Source: Eubacteriales bacterium (GTDB lineage Bacteria; Bacillota; Clostridia; Oscillospirales; CAG-272). Taken from it: a stretch of DNA of 64,000 nucleotides. The first letter of the stretch is position 1. Each line of letters opens with the position of its first letter. Positions 16,739 through 26,334 of the stretch are shown piece after piece. Position numbers and translations under genes: made by a program. The notes beneath the pieces were generated by a model. That model ran no database searches. It saw nothing but the letters and a program-made list of their open reading frames with translations, and was not told the DNA's origin. Where the stretch lies: NCBI GenBank assembly GCA_045606685.1, contig JAZUSJ010000081.1, forward strand, positions 10,439 through 74,438, read 5' to 3'.

Positions 16739-16764
16739 TTTTTAGAATGTTACGGGAGGAAAAG

Positions 16765-17547
16765 ATGAAGCTGTTTTTGCGCTTGGCTTACGTGGGAACT
16801 GCATATAACGGCTATCAGGTGCAGGGCGATCAGCCTACCGTGCAGCGCGAATTGACGCGTGCGTGTGCGGAGCTGTTTGGTATGCGCTGCGATATCGTTG
16901 GCTGCAGCAGAACGGATAGCGGTGTACATGCAAATATGTTTTGCGTCACTGTAGCAAAGCGCGGAACCGACGTCCTGGAAACCACCATTCCCGCAGATCG
17001 AATCGCACTTGCACTCAACGCGCATCTGCCCGAGGATATTTCGGTTTACGAGGCTGTGTTTGTAAGCAGCGATTTTCACCCCAGATATGATGTGGAGTAT
17101 AAGGAATACGTTTACCGTATTTACAATTCGCAGTATCGCAATCCCTTCGAGCAGGGGCGTGCATGGTTTTATCCCAAAAAGATTGATGATCAGGCTCTGG
17201 AGAACATGCAAAAAGCAGCACAGTATTTTTGCGGCACGCATGATTTTTCATCCTTTATGGCACAGGGATCTCAGGTCGCGCATGCCGTTCGCACGGTCAG
17301 ACATGCAAGTGTAGCAAGATGCGGTGATGTGATTGAATTCCATGTTGCTGCAGATGGCTTTTTATATCATATGGTACGCATCATGGCGGGAACTTTGATT
17401 GCCGTTGCAGAAGCAAAGCTTTTGCCGGAGGATATCCCCGCTGTAATAGATGCAAAGGATCGATCAAAGGCAGGCATGACAGCACCTGCACAGGGACTTT
17501 ATTTGCACCGCGTTGCATATCAATACATTCCAAAGGAGACGCTATGA
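16765..17547 (+). CDS. truA: tRNA pseudouridine(38-40) synthase TruA
   Basis: LRLAYVGTAYNGYQVQ...CSRTDSGVHA (catalytic Asp)...FLYHMVRIMAGTL. RBS GGGAGG before the ATG at 16765. Confidence 0.95.
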   Translation: MKLFLRLAYVGTAYNGYQVQGDQPTVQRELTRACAELFGMRCDIVGCSRTDSGVHANMFCVTVAKRGTDVLETTIPADRIALALNAHLPEDISVYEAVFVSSDFHPRYDVEYKEYVYRIYNSQYRNPFEQGRAWFYPKKIDDQALENMQKAAQYFCGTHDFSSFMAQGSQVAHAVRTVRHASVARCGDVIEFHVAADGFLYHMVRIMAGTLIAVAEAKLLPEDIPAVIDAKDRSKAGMTAPAQGLYLHRVAYQYIPKETL

Positions 17548-18782
17548 AAAAATGGAGTATAGGCCGCAAAGGCTTGCAAAATGCGTCTGTCGAGGGAGAG
17601 CAGGTCAAGCTGCAATCACCCCGTAACGCTTACTATGACAGCGTTTCCAATGTGTATCATGCGCTGTTCCTGATTTTGTTAGCAGCACTGTTAGTGTTTA
17701 TCTGTGTGGCAATGCTGTGCAATATTGAGCTGTTCACGTATGAAAATTTCTATTATCTTGCAAAGGATTTAGGCGCAGCATCGGATCTGCTTGCCGGCTC
17801 GGGGAACGTGATCAATTACGAAACCTCTGTGCGAAATCAGACGTTTGCGCTGTATCGCAAGGGGCTTGCCGTTGCAGGTGACTCAGGTTTGCAGCTGTTT
17901 ACTGCCACAGGCAGAGAAACGCTCAATGCCTCTCCGGACTATGTCGAACCGGTACTGCACGGCTCGGATCAATACCTTTTGATGTATGATATCGGAGAGA
18001 AGCGGTATTCCGTATATAATTCCTTTGTCTGCGTGCGACATGAGGAATGTCAGTACCCTGTGTTCACGGGTGCTATGTCAGATTCAGGTTATTATGCGAT
18101 AGTTACAGAATCCTATAACCATGCAGGTGTTGTATGTCTTTATAACGATCGCTTTGAGCTGATTAATCGATACAACCGCACCGAAAAGGTAACGTGCGTA
18201 GATATCAATCAAGCGGGGAACCGCGTTGCCTTTGCTACTGCGGGCATGAAGGACGGTGCTTTTCTGACCACACTTGTCATTGCAGTCCCGGGCCAGGCGC
18301 AAACCAGCGCAGAGATGAAGTTTGAAGGACTGTTTCCGTACAGTGTGCAGTTCATTGATCAGCACAGATTGCTGCTTCTTTGTGATGACTCGGCATTTAT
18401 CGTTTCAGTTGACGACGGTACCGTGATTTGCCCGATCAAATATGCAGATATGCAGCTTTCCTATGCAGATGCCAACGAATGTCATGTTGCTATGATCTTT
18501 TCCGTCAATGCCGTGACGGATACGTACCGTATGATCGTAACTGATCAAAACGGTAAGCTGGTGCTGGATCATACGTTTGACGCAAGCATCAGCCAAGTGG
18601 CTTTGTTTGATCATTATCTCTATTTGCTCAGTGCAAAAGGAATCGTGTGTATCGATCCCCGGGATCAGAGCTACAACCTGATCGAATGTGACACCGATGG
18701 CAAGACGCTTTTGATCTGCGAGAGCGATGAGGTGCTTTTGTGCGGCGCTCAGAGTGCTGTTTACTACAAGTTTGAAGATTGA
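17544..18782 (+). CDS. membrane-anchored protein of unknown function (single N-terminal TM helix, beta-rich ectodomain; possibly DUF5711-like)
   Basis: 412 aa. TM helix ALFLILLAALLVFICVAMLC. No catalytic motif recognised. Its start overlaps the truA stop (ATGA). Confidence 0.7.
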   Translation: MKKWSIGRKGLQNASVEGEQVKLQSPRNAYYDSVSNVYHALFLILLAALLVFICVAMLCNIELFTYENFYYLAKDLGAASDLLAGSGNVINYETSVRNQTFALYRKGLAVAGDSGLQLFTATGRETLNASPDYVEPVLHGSDQYLLMYDIGEKRYSVYNSFVCVRHEECQYPVFTGAMSDSGYYAIVTESYNHAGVVCLYNDRFELINRYNRTEKVTCVDINQAGNRVAFATAGMKDGAFLTTLVIAVPGQAQTSAEMKFEGLFPYSVQFIDQHRLLLLCDDSAFIVSVDDGTVICPIKYADMQLSYADANECHVAMIFSVNAVTDTYRMIVTDQNGKLVLDHTFDASISQVALFDHYLYLLSAKGIVCIDPRDQSYNLIECDTDGKTLLICESDEVLLCGAQSAVYYKFED

Positions 18783-18813
18783 ATTTTCCGACCTAAGGAG
18801 GTTATTTGAATAA

Positions 18814-21138
18814 ATGGTCATGTGTTCCAATTGCCACAAGCGTGTGGCGGTGATCTTTGTCACCAAATACGAAAATGAAAAAAAGGTCAGCAAAGGCCTT
18901 TGCATCAAGTGCGCCAAGGAAATGGGTATTCCTATGGAGAATATGTTGGGGGATCTCTCAGGACAACTGGGACTTTCCGCAGATCAGCTGGAAAATATGG
19001 AAGACGAACTCAATAATATGTTCCATAACAGCCAGCTTCCTTCCGAAATGGACGACAACGAGGATGGTGGCGCACCTGCCATAGATCTTCCCAAGCTGTT
19101 TGGTGAGGACGGTGATGAAAACAACGAATCCGGTATCGTTCCAGCAGAACAGCCCCAAAAGAAGGAAAAAAAGGCAAAAAAGGAAAACAAAAAGCAAGAG
19201 GCTCCCAACTATAAGTTTTTGAATACCTACTGCAGGCACCTGACAGGACATGCAAGACAGGGCAGACTTGATCGCATTGTCGGAAGACATACAGAGCTTG
19301 CACGTGTAATACAGATCCTTTGCCGCAGACAAAAGAATAATCCTTGTCTGATCGGTGAGCCCGGCGTTGGTAAAACAGCTATTGCAGAGGCACTTGCATT
19401 GCGTATTGCAAGCGGTGAGGTGCCTTATAAACTCAAAAACAAGGAACTTTATCAGGTTGATCTGACTGCTCTTGTTGCAGGCACACAGTTCCGAGGACAG
19501 TTTGAGCAGAGAATACTCGGACTTTTAACTGAAGTCAAGCAGGCAGGTAACGTGATTCTGGTCATTGATGAGGTGCATAACATTGTGGGTGCAGGCGGCG
19601 GTGAAGGCAGTATCAATGCAGCCAATATCTTAAAGCCCGCGCTTTCCCGCGGTGAAGTGCAGATCATTGGCGCTACAACGCTGACAGAATACCGCAAGCA
19701 TATTGAAAAGGATACTGCTCTTGAGCGCAGATTCCAGCCCGTGACCGTCAACGAGCCATCTGTGGAGGACTCTGTGGAAATGCTGCGCGGTATCAAGCAC
19801 TATTATGAGGAATTTCATAACATTACCATTCCGGAAGACGTGCTGAGAAGAGCTGTTGTCTTTTCGGAAAGATATATCACAGACCGTTATCTTCCGGATA
19901 AGGCGATTGACCTGCTTGACGAGGCTGCAAGCGCACTTTCGCTGGCCAGCGCACCGCTCAATGAGTCTCATGAGATCCGTGATAAACTGCTGGTTCTGAA
20001 GCAAGAGCGCGAAGAGCTCGAAAATGCGCCTGCCGACCAGGAAAAGAACGAGCAGCTTCGCTATGAAAAGATCGCAAAGATCAAGGCAAATGAAATGCAG
20101 CTTGCTGAAAAGCTTGTCGTGCTGGAAGAGGATTGCAAAAAGATCGTATTGACTCCCGATCAGCTGGCAGAGGTCATTGAGGTATGGACGGGCATTCCCG
20201 CGACTACCATCAAGAGAAATGAATACGAGCGCATTGACAGTCTCAAGGCAAGACTTTTGCAAAAGATCATCGGTCAGGATCATGCCGTAGAGGCGGTCGC
20301 ACATGCTATCAAGCGTAACAGAGCAGGCATTTCTTATAAGCGCAAGCCCGTGTCCTTCATTTTTGCAGGACCTACCGGTGTCGGAAAGACCGAGCTTGTT
20401 AAAACGCTTGCCGAGGATCTGTTCCAATCTCCCGAAACACTTATCCGTCTGGATATGTCTGAGTTTATGGAAAAGCATTCGGTATCGCGCATCATCGGCT
20501 CACCTCCCGGCTACGTCGGATACGATGATGCAGGTCAGTTGACAGAAAAGATCCGTCGCAGACCGTATTCTGTCGTATTGTTCGATGAGATCGAGAAGGC
20601 TCACCCCGATGTGCTGAATATTCTGCTTCAGATTCTGGATGACGGCAGGATCACAGATGCACACGGCAAGACTGTCAACTTTGAAAACACCGTGATTGTT
20701 ATGACAACCAATGCTGGTTCTAACCGCTCTTCTTCGATCATGGGCTTTTCCGGTGATATACAAAGCGGCGCGCAGACCAATACAGAGAAGGCTTTGGCAG
20801 AATTCTTGCGCCCCGAGTTTATCAACCGTGTAGACGAGGTCATTACCTTCAGACATCTGGATGAAGCAGACTTTATCAAGATCGCGGACATTATGCTCGG
20901 CCAGCTTGCAGACGTTTTAAGCGAACGAGGCTTTACACTCACATGGACACAACCTGCAGCCGCACTGATTGCAAAAGAATCCTTCTCGCAAAAATACGGT
21001 GCGCGTAACATGCGCCGCTATATCCAAAAGCACGTCGAGGACGCTTTGGCCGAGATCATCGTGTCCGATTATACCAATCAATATACGAAAGCCACCATTT
21101 CCGTACAGGACGGCAGCATTCACGTCGACTGTCAATAA
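18814..21138 (+). CDS. ATP-dependent Clp protease ATP-binding subunit, ClpE-like (N-terminal C4 zinc ribbon, two AAA+ modules)
   Basis: CSNC...CIKC ribbon at the N-terminus in place of Clp_N repeats. GEPGVGKTAIAE and [10 protein letters not shown] Walker A motifs. RFQPV, GARNMRR, and an IMGF loop resembling a ClpP-docking loop. Confidence 0.9.
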   Translation: MVMCSNCHKRVAVIFVTKYENEKKVSKGLCIKCAKEMGIPMENMLGDLSGQLGLSADQLENMEDELNNMFHNSQLPSEMDDNEDGGAPAIDLPKLFGEDGDENNESGIVPAEQPQKKEKKAKKENKKQEAPNYKFLNTYCRHLTGHARQGRLDRIVGRHTELARVIQILCRRQKNNPCLIGEPGVGKTAIAEALALRIASGEVPYKLKNKELYQVDLTALVAGTQFRGQFEQRILGLLTEVKQAGNVILVIDEVHNIVGAGGGEGSINAANILKPALSRGEVQIIGATTLTEYRKHIEKDTALERRFQPVTVNEPSVEDSVEMLRGIKHYYEEFHNITIPEDVLRRAVVFSERYITDRYLPDKAIDLLDEAASALSLASAPLNESHEIRDKLLVLKQEREELENAPADQEKNEQLRYEKIAKIKANEMQLAEKLVVLEEDCKKIVLTPDQLAEVIEVWTGIPATTIKRNEYERIDSLKARLLQKIIGQDHAVEAVAHAIKRNRAGISYKRKPVSFIFAGPTGVGKTELVKTLAEDLFQSPETLIRLDMSEFMEKHSVSRIIGSPPGYVGYDDAGQLTEKIRRRPYSVVLFDEIEKAHPDVLNILLQILDDGRITDAHGKTVNFENTVIVMTTNAGSNRSSSIMGFSGDIQSGAQTNTEKALAEFLRPEFINRVDEVITFRHLDEADFIKIADIMLGQLADVLSERGFTLTWTQPAAALIAKESFSQKYGARNMRRYIQKHVEDALAEIIVSDYTNQYTKATISVQDGSIHVDCQ

Positions 21139-21173
21139 GGCATCATATCAACATTATGAAAGGAGGAATGAAA

Positions 21174-23918
21174 ATGGCAACCGGAAAATCCTGGCACATT
21201 TTAAATACGGATCAGATTGCTGTCAAGCTTGAGACCAACGCTGCAACGGGACTTACACGTAAGCAAGCGGTCAGCAGAGCCAAAAAGATCCGTATCCGTC
21301 AGCCGGACGCAGCTAAGCCCTTGTTTCTTCCTCCCGAACGGCCGTTTTACCGATTTGTAGGAAAAATGCTGTTGGATCCAATCTTGCTTTTGACGTTATT
21401 GGTCGCCGTTATTGCTTTTTTCTTTAGTCACCATGCGCTTGGTGCAGCCACGGTTGCAATCATTGCGTGTCATATCATTTGCTGCGCATTTGCGGGTGCA
21501 AAGGCAGCTGACGTTTGGAAAACGCTGCAGCTGTATTCCAACCCCATGGTCAAGGTGATCAGAGGCGGCAAGCTGTACACGACGGACGCACGGAATATTG
21601 TTCCCGGAGACCTTGTCATACTGACAGAAGGGGATATTTGTCCGGCTGATGTCAGACTCGAAAAGGGAAGTCAGGCTCGCGTGTTACAGTATCTATTCAA
21701 GGCTGATCAAAAGGAGCTGTATACAAGAGTATCCGTAATCAAAAGCGGAGATCGCATATACCTTTCGGAGCAGGAGGTGCATAATCCGGACTGCGATAAT
21801 ATCATTTATGCCGGATCTGTCATAGAAGAAGGCTTTGCGAAAGGCATTGTAGTGGAAACCGGACTGCACACCTATATTGGTGCCGTCAATGGCACCGTTC
21901 CCGGGACAGAGGATGAATCGGAATCGGATAGCATTCAGTTTATCCGACGGTATTTCATGCGGTTTTCAACATTCCAAGCTGTACTTCTTGTACCATTGAC
22001 CATTATTATGACAGTCACCATGCGTCAGACGCTTACCTTTGCCGAGTGCTTTTTAACAGCCCTTGCACTATGCTGCACGGTTATAGCCGAGCATCTTGTT
22101 TATTTGGCAAGCATTGTGCGCGCAACGGGAATCGATGCTGCTGCAACCAAAAAAGAAAACGCTGCCGTTGCCATCATCAAAAACAGCAAGGCTTCTGACA
22201 GCCTGTGTGAGATGACTGATCTGCTTTTGTTGGATTCTGCGGCGGTTTGTGACGGTAAATATCATCTTGAATCCGTGTACGCAGGCGGTAGCATATACAA
22301 TAAACAAGAGCTTCTCAATCAGGATGTATCCCGCCTGGCAAAAGATCTGTATTTGTATCGAACTGCACCGTCCTCCCCTGAAAGGATGGGGCGCAATGCC
22401 TTTGATACGGGGCTTTCTGCTCCCATTGACGCTTTGATCAGGCACGTAGGCGTTGATACGGAAGCCCTTGAGCTTACGCGTTTGAACTCTCACATATCCT
22501 ACAGCGCGGATACCTGTGAGGTATATAACAGGTTTAAGCAGGGCGAATACCGCGTTCTCTTGTCTTGTAACGTCCAAATTTTGGAGTATTGTACGCATAT
22601 GGCGTGCGGTGATCATGCAAAGGATTTTGATGATAGTGAGTACGTGGCGCTCAGCACTCTGTGTCGCATTTACAGCGAGTCAGGCTATCGGATCTTGCTT
22701 GTGGCAAATCAGATTGACGAAGCCATTACGCTGATGGGGGTTCTTGCGTTTGGCACAAGGCCCGGATACGGCTTTTATAATTGTTGCGAGGAGCTGATCA
22801 ACAGCGGTGTTCGTGTTTCCGTGTTTATGCCGGATAACGCTCAGACCATGAAAATATTGACTGACAGTGAGCTTGTTCGAGACGAATTAAATGATGTATT
22901 GACCGCAAGCAAGGCAGAGCAGGAAGGACTTGCTTTGCACGTGGCTTACGGCAGTTACCGCGCTTATCTTGGCTTTTCGTACGAGCAGATTTCGGATCTG
23001 ATAGATCGGCTGCAGAGCAGAGGCAATCGGATTGCTTCGTATTGCGTTGACAACCAAGCACAACCGCTGCACGAAAAATCCGATCTCAGTATCACTTGCG
23101 ACGCAATAGAGTACCGCTCTGCAAAGGTCGCGGAGTCGCTTTACGATAAAATGCCCTTGGACGGTAGACCTTTCAGTGCGCGTGCATCGCAAAATACAAG
23201 ACGCACCTCCGATATCGTGCTAAGGCGTGCCGGTGATCAGGGGGGAGGATTGCATGGCATTCTGACAGGCAGGAAAGCAGCGTTTGCCATCAATCATAAC
23301 TTGGCGAATATGATGACCTATCTGATTACCGTGCAATTTTTCCGTACAGTACTGGTAGCTCTGCCGGCAGTGTTTGGCACGTATACACTTTCAACGTTCG
23401 CATTGCTGATATTGGGCCTTGTGATGGATGTAGCAGCAGTTATGCTGTTTGCGTTCGCAACACCCGATCAGGCTGCGATTTCAGCACCCTATCCGATCTT
23501 GCGCAGATTGGAAAAGCCTGTTGCGTATAATACCGCCAATATCGCAAGTGCGTGCGTCAGCGCAGTTGTGCTATGGCTTGGAATCGCGCTTTTGCAGGTA
23601 TTTGATGTGATCGACAGTACACAGTGCGCCGGGATTGGCTTTATTGCTGCATATCTGCTTCAAATGACGGTGTTTACCGTAACCCTGGCTGAATATACGG
23701 CAAAAAATAAAAGGGGAAAGCCTTCACCTGTATTGATCGGAGCATTGATCGCATCCTTGCTGTTGCTCGTTGCAGGTATTATTATTCCGGGATTCAATTC
23801 GCTGACCGGCTGCGTCGGTATTGCGCCGATCTCTTTGCTGATCACTCCGCTTGCTGCATTGATCTACTTCTCTCTGTATCAAATTCTGAGTGCGCGCGGC
23901 TTGAATCTGCACAGATAA
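21174..23918 (+). CDS. P-type ATPase homologue with degenerate catalytic motifs
   Basis: Cation_ATPase_N-like N-terminus (WHILNTDQIAVKLETNAATGLT). A-domain signature VPGDLVILTEGDICPADVRL. About 10 TM helices. The phosphorylation site reads LLLDSAAVC instead of CSDKTGTLT, and I found no TGES or GDGxNDxP. AGGAGG lies 7 nt before the ATG at 21174. Confidence 0.8.
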   Translation: MATGKSWHILNTDQIAVKLETNAATGLTRKQAVSRAKKIRIRQPDAAKPLFLPPERPFYRFVGKMLLDPILLLTLLVAVIAFFFSHHALGAATVAIIACHIICCAFAGAKAADVWKTLQLYSNPMVKVIRGGKLYTTDARNIVPGDLVILTEGDICPADVRLEKGSQARVLQYLFKADQKELYTRVSVIKSGDRIYLSEQEVHNPDCDNIIYAGSVIEEGFAKGIVVETGLHTYIGAVNGTVPGTEDESESDSIQFIRRYFMRFSTFQAVLLVPLTIIMTVTMRQTLTFAECFLTALALCCTVIAEHLVYLASIVRATGIDAAATKKENAAVAIIKNSKASDSLCEMTDLLLLDSAAVCDGKYHLESVYAGGSIYNKQELLNQDVSRLAKDLYLYRTAPSSPERMGRNAFDTGLSAPIDALIRHVGVDTEALELTRLNSHISYSADTCEVYNRFKQGEYRVLLSCNVQILEYCTHMACGDHAKDFDDSEYVALSTLCRIYSESGYRILLVANQIDEAITLMGVLAFGTRPGYGFYNCCEELINSGVRVSVFMPDNAQTMKILTDSELVRDELNDVLTASKAEQEGLALHVAYGSYRAYLGFSYEQISDLIDRLQSRGNRIASYCVDNQAQPLHEKSDLSITCDAIEYRSAKVAESLYDKMPLDGRPFSARASQNTRRTSDIVLRRAGDQGGGLHGILTGRKAAFAINHNLANMMTYLITVQFFRTVLVALPAVFGTYTLSTFALLILGLVMDVAAVMLFAFATPDQAAISAPYPILRRLEKPVAYNTANIASACVSAVVLWLGIALLQVFDVIDSTQCAGIGFIAAYLLQMTVFTVTLAEYTAKNKRGKPSPVLIGALIASLLLLVAGIIIPGFNSLTGCVGIAPISLLITPLAALIYFSLYQILSARGLNLHR

Positions 23919-23968
23919 AATAAAGGCGATCTTTTCCTCATATACTTTAGGGAAGAGGAGGGATCATC

Positions 23969-24268
23969 ATGAAAACATACAGTTTTTTAGAGCTTGCCGA
24001 AAAGGACGTGATCAATCTTTGCACGGGTGAAAATCTTGGAAGTATTTGCGATATTGAGATCAATATCAAGGATTGCACGGTCAGCTCGATCGTTGTTCCA
24101 GGACAGGGGAACGTGTGGGGAATCGGCAAAGCCACCGAAATAATTATCCCGTGGTGCAAGATCGAATGTATTGGAGAAGATGCGATATTGGTACGGCTGA
24201 CTGCTGACGAGCAAAGCACCTGCACAGCACCCAAACGGAAGATAAAACGTCATTTGTTCGGAAAATAA
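23969..24268 (+). CDS. YlmC/YmxH-family sporulation protein (PRC-barrel)
   Basis: FLELAEKDVINLCTGENLGSICDIEINIKDCTVSSIVVPG matches the YlmC/YmxH pattern. 99 aa. Confidence 0.8.
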   Translation: MKTYSFLELAEKDVINLCTGENLGSICDIEINIKDCTVSSIVVPGQGNVWGIGKATEIIIPWCKIECIGEDAILVRLTADEQSTCTAPKRKIKRHLFGK

Positions 24269-24301
24269 TTGTAAATATTTTGTAAACACTTGTAATATCT
24301 A

Positions 24302-24330
24302 TTGCTAATTGGTAACAGTTATGCTATAAT
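24302..24330 (+). promoter_or_regulatory. sigma-A promoter for rpsB-tsf (TTGCTA-17-TATAAT)
   Basis: TTGCTA at 24302-24307, a 17-nt spacer, TATAAT at 24325-24330. This leaves a leader of roughly 150 nt before rpsB. Confidence 0.55.
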
Positions 24331-24483
24331 ATTGGCCGTTGTGCCGGGGATCCGGCATGATAAATAAAAATACACACACAGGGAAGGCAGGGTACTACCG
24401 GTGTTTCCGAAGGCAATAAAAGCCCCGGAGATTGATGCGTACCGAACGACTCTGTGGTGGAAAAAACCGAAGGAGGACAAAAA

Positions 24484-25227
24484 ATGTCTATCATCACAAT
24501 TAAACAGCTCTTGGAAGCAGGTGTACACTTTGGACACCACACCAGAAGATGGAACCCCAAAATGCAGGAATACATCTTCACCGAAAGAAACGGCATCTAC
24601 ATCATCGACCTGCAGAAGACCGTTAAGAAATTTGAGGAGGCTTATGACTTCATTCGTGAGCTTTCTGCAAACGGCGGCACTCTGCTCTTCGTTGGTACTA
24701 AGAAGCAGGCAGCTGAAGCTATCAAGGAAGAGGCTACCAGATGCGGTATGTACTATGTAAACGTAAGATGGCCCGGCGGTATGATGACCAACTTCAAGAC
24801 CATCAAGAGCTCTATCAACCGTCTGAACAGCCTGACCAAGATGCAGGAGGACGGAACCTTTGATATGCTTCCCAAGAAGGAAGTTGCTGCAAAGCAGAAG
24901 GAAATCTTCGACCTGGAGAAGTCTTACGGTGGTATCAAGACCATGGACAGACTGCCCGATGCAGTATTCATTGTTGACCCCCGCAAGGAAAGAAACGCAG
25001 TGCTTGAAGCTAAGAAGCTGGGTATTCCGGTTATCGCTATCGTTGACACCAACTGCGATCCCGACGACGCTGACTACGTCATTCCCGGTAACGATGACGC
25101 TATCCGCGCTATCAAGCTGATCTCCTCCATCATTGCTGACGGTATCATCGAAGGCAGACAGGGCGAGCAGCTGACCGAGGCAGTAGAGGTTAAGGCTCAG
25201 GCTGAGACCGAAGAGGCTGCTGAATAA
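24484..25227 (+). CDS. rpsB: 30S ribosomal protein S2
   Basis: [27 protein letters not shown]... RBS GAAGGAGG before the ATG at 24484. Confidence 0.98.
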   Translation: MSIITIKQLLEAGVHFGHHTRRWNPKMQEYIFTERNGIYIIDLQKTVKKFEEAYDFIRELSANGGTLLFVGTKKQAAEAIKEEATRCGMYYVNVRWPGGMMTNFKTIKSSINRLNSLTKMQEDGTFDMLPKKEVAAKQKEIFDLEKSYGGIKTMDRLPDAVFIVDPRKERNAVLEAKKLGIPVIAIVDTNCDPDDADYVIPGNDDAIRAIKLISSIIADGIIEGRQGEQLTEAVEVKAQAETEEAAE

Positions 25228-25257
25228 TCCCCGAATTAAATAATAAGGAGAATAAAA

Positions 25258-26184
25258 ATGGCTAACATTACTGCAAAAGACGTTGCAACACTGCGCGCTA
25301 AGACCGGTATCGGTATGATGGAGTGCAAGAAGGCACTTGTTGAAGCTCACGGCGACATTGATGCCGCTATCAAGATCCTGCGTGAAAAGGGCGAACTCAA
25401 GGCAGAAAGCAAGATGGCAACCAGAATTGCTGCTGACGGTATCGTTGACGTATACACCGAGGGCAACACGACTGCCATGATCGAGGTTAACTCCGAGACT
25501 GACTTCGTTGCTAAGAACGCTTCCTTCCAGGAATTCGTAAAGAACCTGCTCAAGACTATCGTGGCTAACAAGCCCGCTGACGTTGATGCTCTCATGGCAT
25601 CTGATTACATCGACGGTACTTGCACCGTTGAGGCTAAGCTCAAGGAACAAATTTTCGTAATCGGTGAAAAGCTGAGCATCCGCCGTTTCATGGTAATTGA
25701 GGGTGTTACCAGCACTTACGTACACGGCATGGGCTCTATCGGTGTTGTAACCCTGTTCGACACTGACTGTGCTTATAAGGAAGGCTTCGCTGAATTTGCA
25801 AAGAACATTTCTCTGCAGATCGGTGCATACGTAACTCCTTACCTTGACAGAAATCACGTTCCCGCTTCCGTTATCGAGTCTGAGAAGGAAATCCTGCTTG
25901 CACAGATTTCCAACGATCCTGCAATGGCTAAGAAGCCTGATGCAATCAAGGCTAAGATGGTTGAGGGTAGAATCTCCAAGTTCTACGACAACAACTGCCT
26001 GGTAGATATGGGTTATATCAAGGACGACGATATGACCGTTGGCCAGTATATCGCAGCAACCGCTAAGGAGCTGGGCGGCAACATTGCCGTTAAGGCTTTC
26101 TGGCGTTACGAAAAGGGCGAAGGCATCCAGAAGAAGGAAGAAGACTTTGCTGCTGAGATCGCTAAGCTGACTAACAACCAGTAA
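25258..26184 (+). CDS. tsf: translation elongation factor Ts
   Basis: ITAKDVATLRAKTGIGMMECKKALVEAHGDIDAAIKILREKG (UBA-like N-terminus). EVNSETDFVAKN. Confidence 0.98.
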   Translation: MANITAKDVATLRAKTGIGMMECKKALVEAHGDIDAAIKILREKGELKAESKMATRIAADGIVDVYTEGNTTAMIEVNSETDFVAKNASFQEFVKNLLKTIVANKPADVDALMASDYIDGTCTVEAKLKEQIFVIGEKLSIRRFMVIEGVTSTYVHGMGSIGVVTLFDTDCAYKEGFAEFAKNISLQIGAYVTPYLDRNHVPASVIESEKEILLAQISNDPAMAKKPDAIKAKMVEGRISKFYDNNCLVDMGYIKDDDMTVGQYIAATAKELGGNIAVKAFWRYEKGEGIQKKEEDFAAEIAKLTNNQ

Positions 26185-26198
26185 TCAGGGACTCCTGA

Positions 26199-26233
26199 AT
26201 AAGAGCACGGCAATGCTGTGCTCTTATTTTTTT
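26199..26233 (+). terminator. rho-independent terminator after tsf
   Basis: Stem AAGAGCAC / GTGCTCTT followed by ATTTTTTT. Confidence 0.75.
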
Positions 26234-26264
26234 ATCTTTCTCTTAAATTATTTACAAATACCTG

Positions 26265-26293
26265 TTTACAAATTGCCAAAAATGTAGTAAAAT
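26265..26293 (+). promoter_or_regulatory. sigma-A-type promoter for pyrH-frr (TTTACA-17-TAAAAT)
   Basis: TTTACA at 26265-26270, a 17-nt spacer, TAAAAT at 26288-26293. Confidence 0.5.
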
Positions 26294-26334
26294 ATATCCT
26301 GTATAATACTATGACAATTCAGAGGTGATCGCAC

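Noticed and set aside
21156-21173. Upstream ATGs (21156, 21168) of the P-type ATPase-like gene
   Set aside because: AGGAGG (21161..21166) lies inside or after them and is optimally spaced only for the ATG at 21174.
24319-25857. 512-aa ORF on the minus strand spanning rpsB and tsf
   Set aside because: It is antisense to two textbook genes (S2, EF-Ts). Its translation is low-complexity (S/V/L/C-rich) with no RBS or recognisable motif. This is a typical shadow ORF of a highly expressed gene with biased codon usage.
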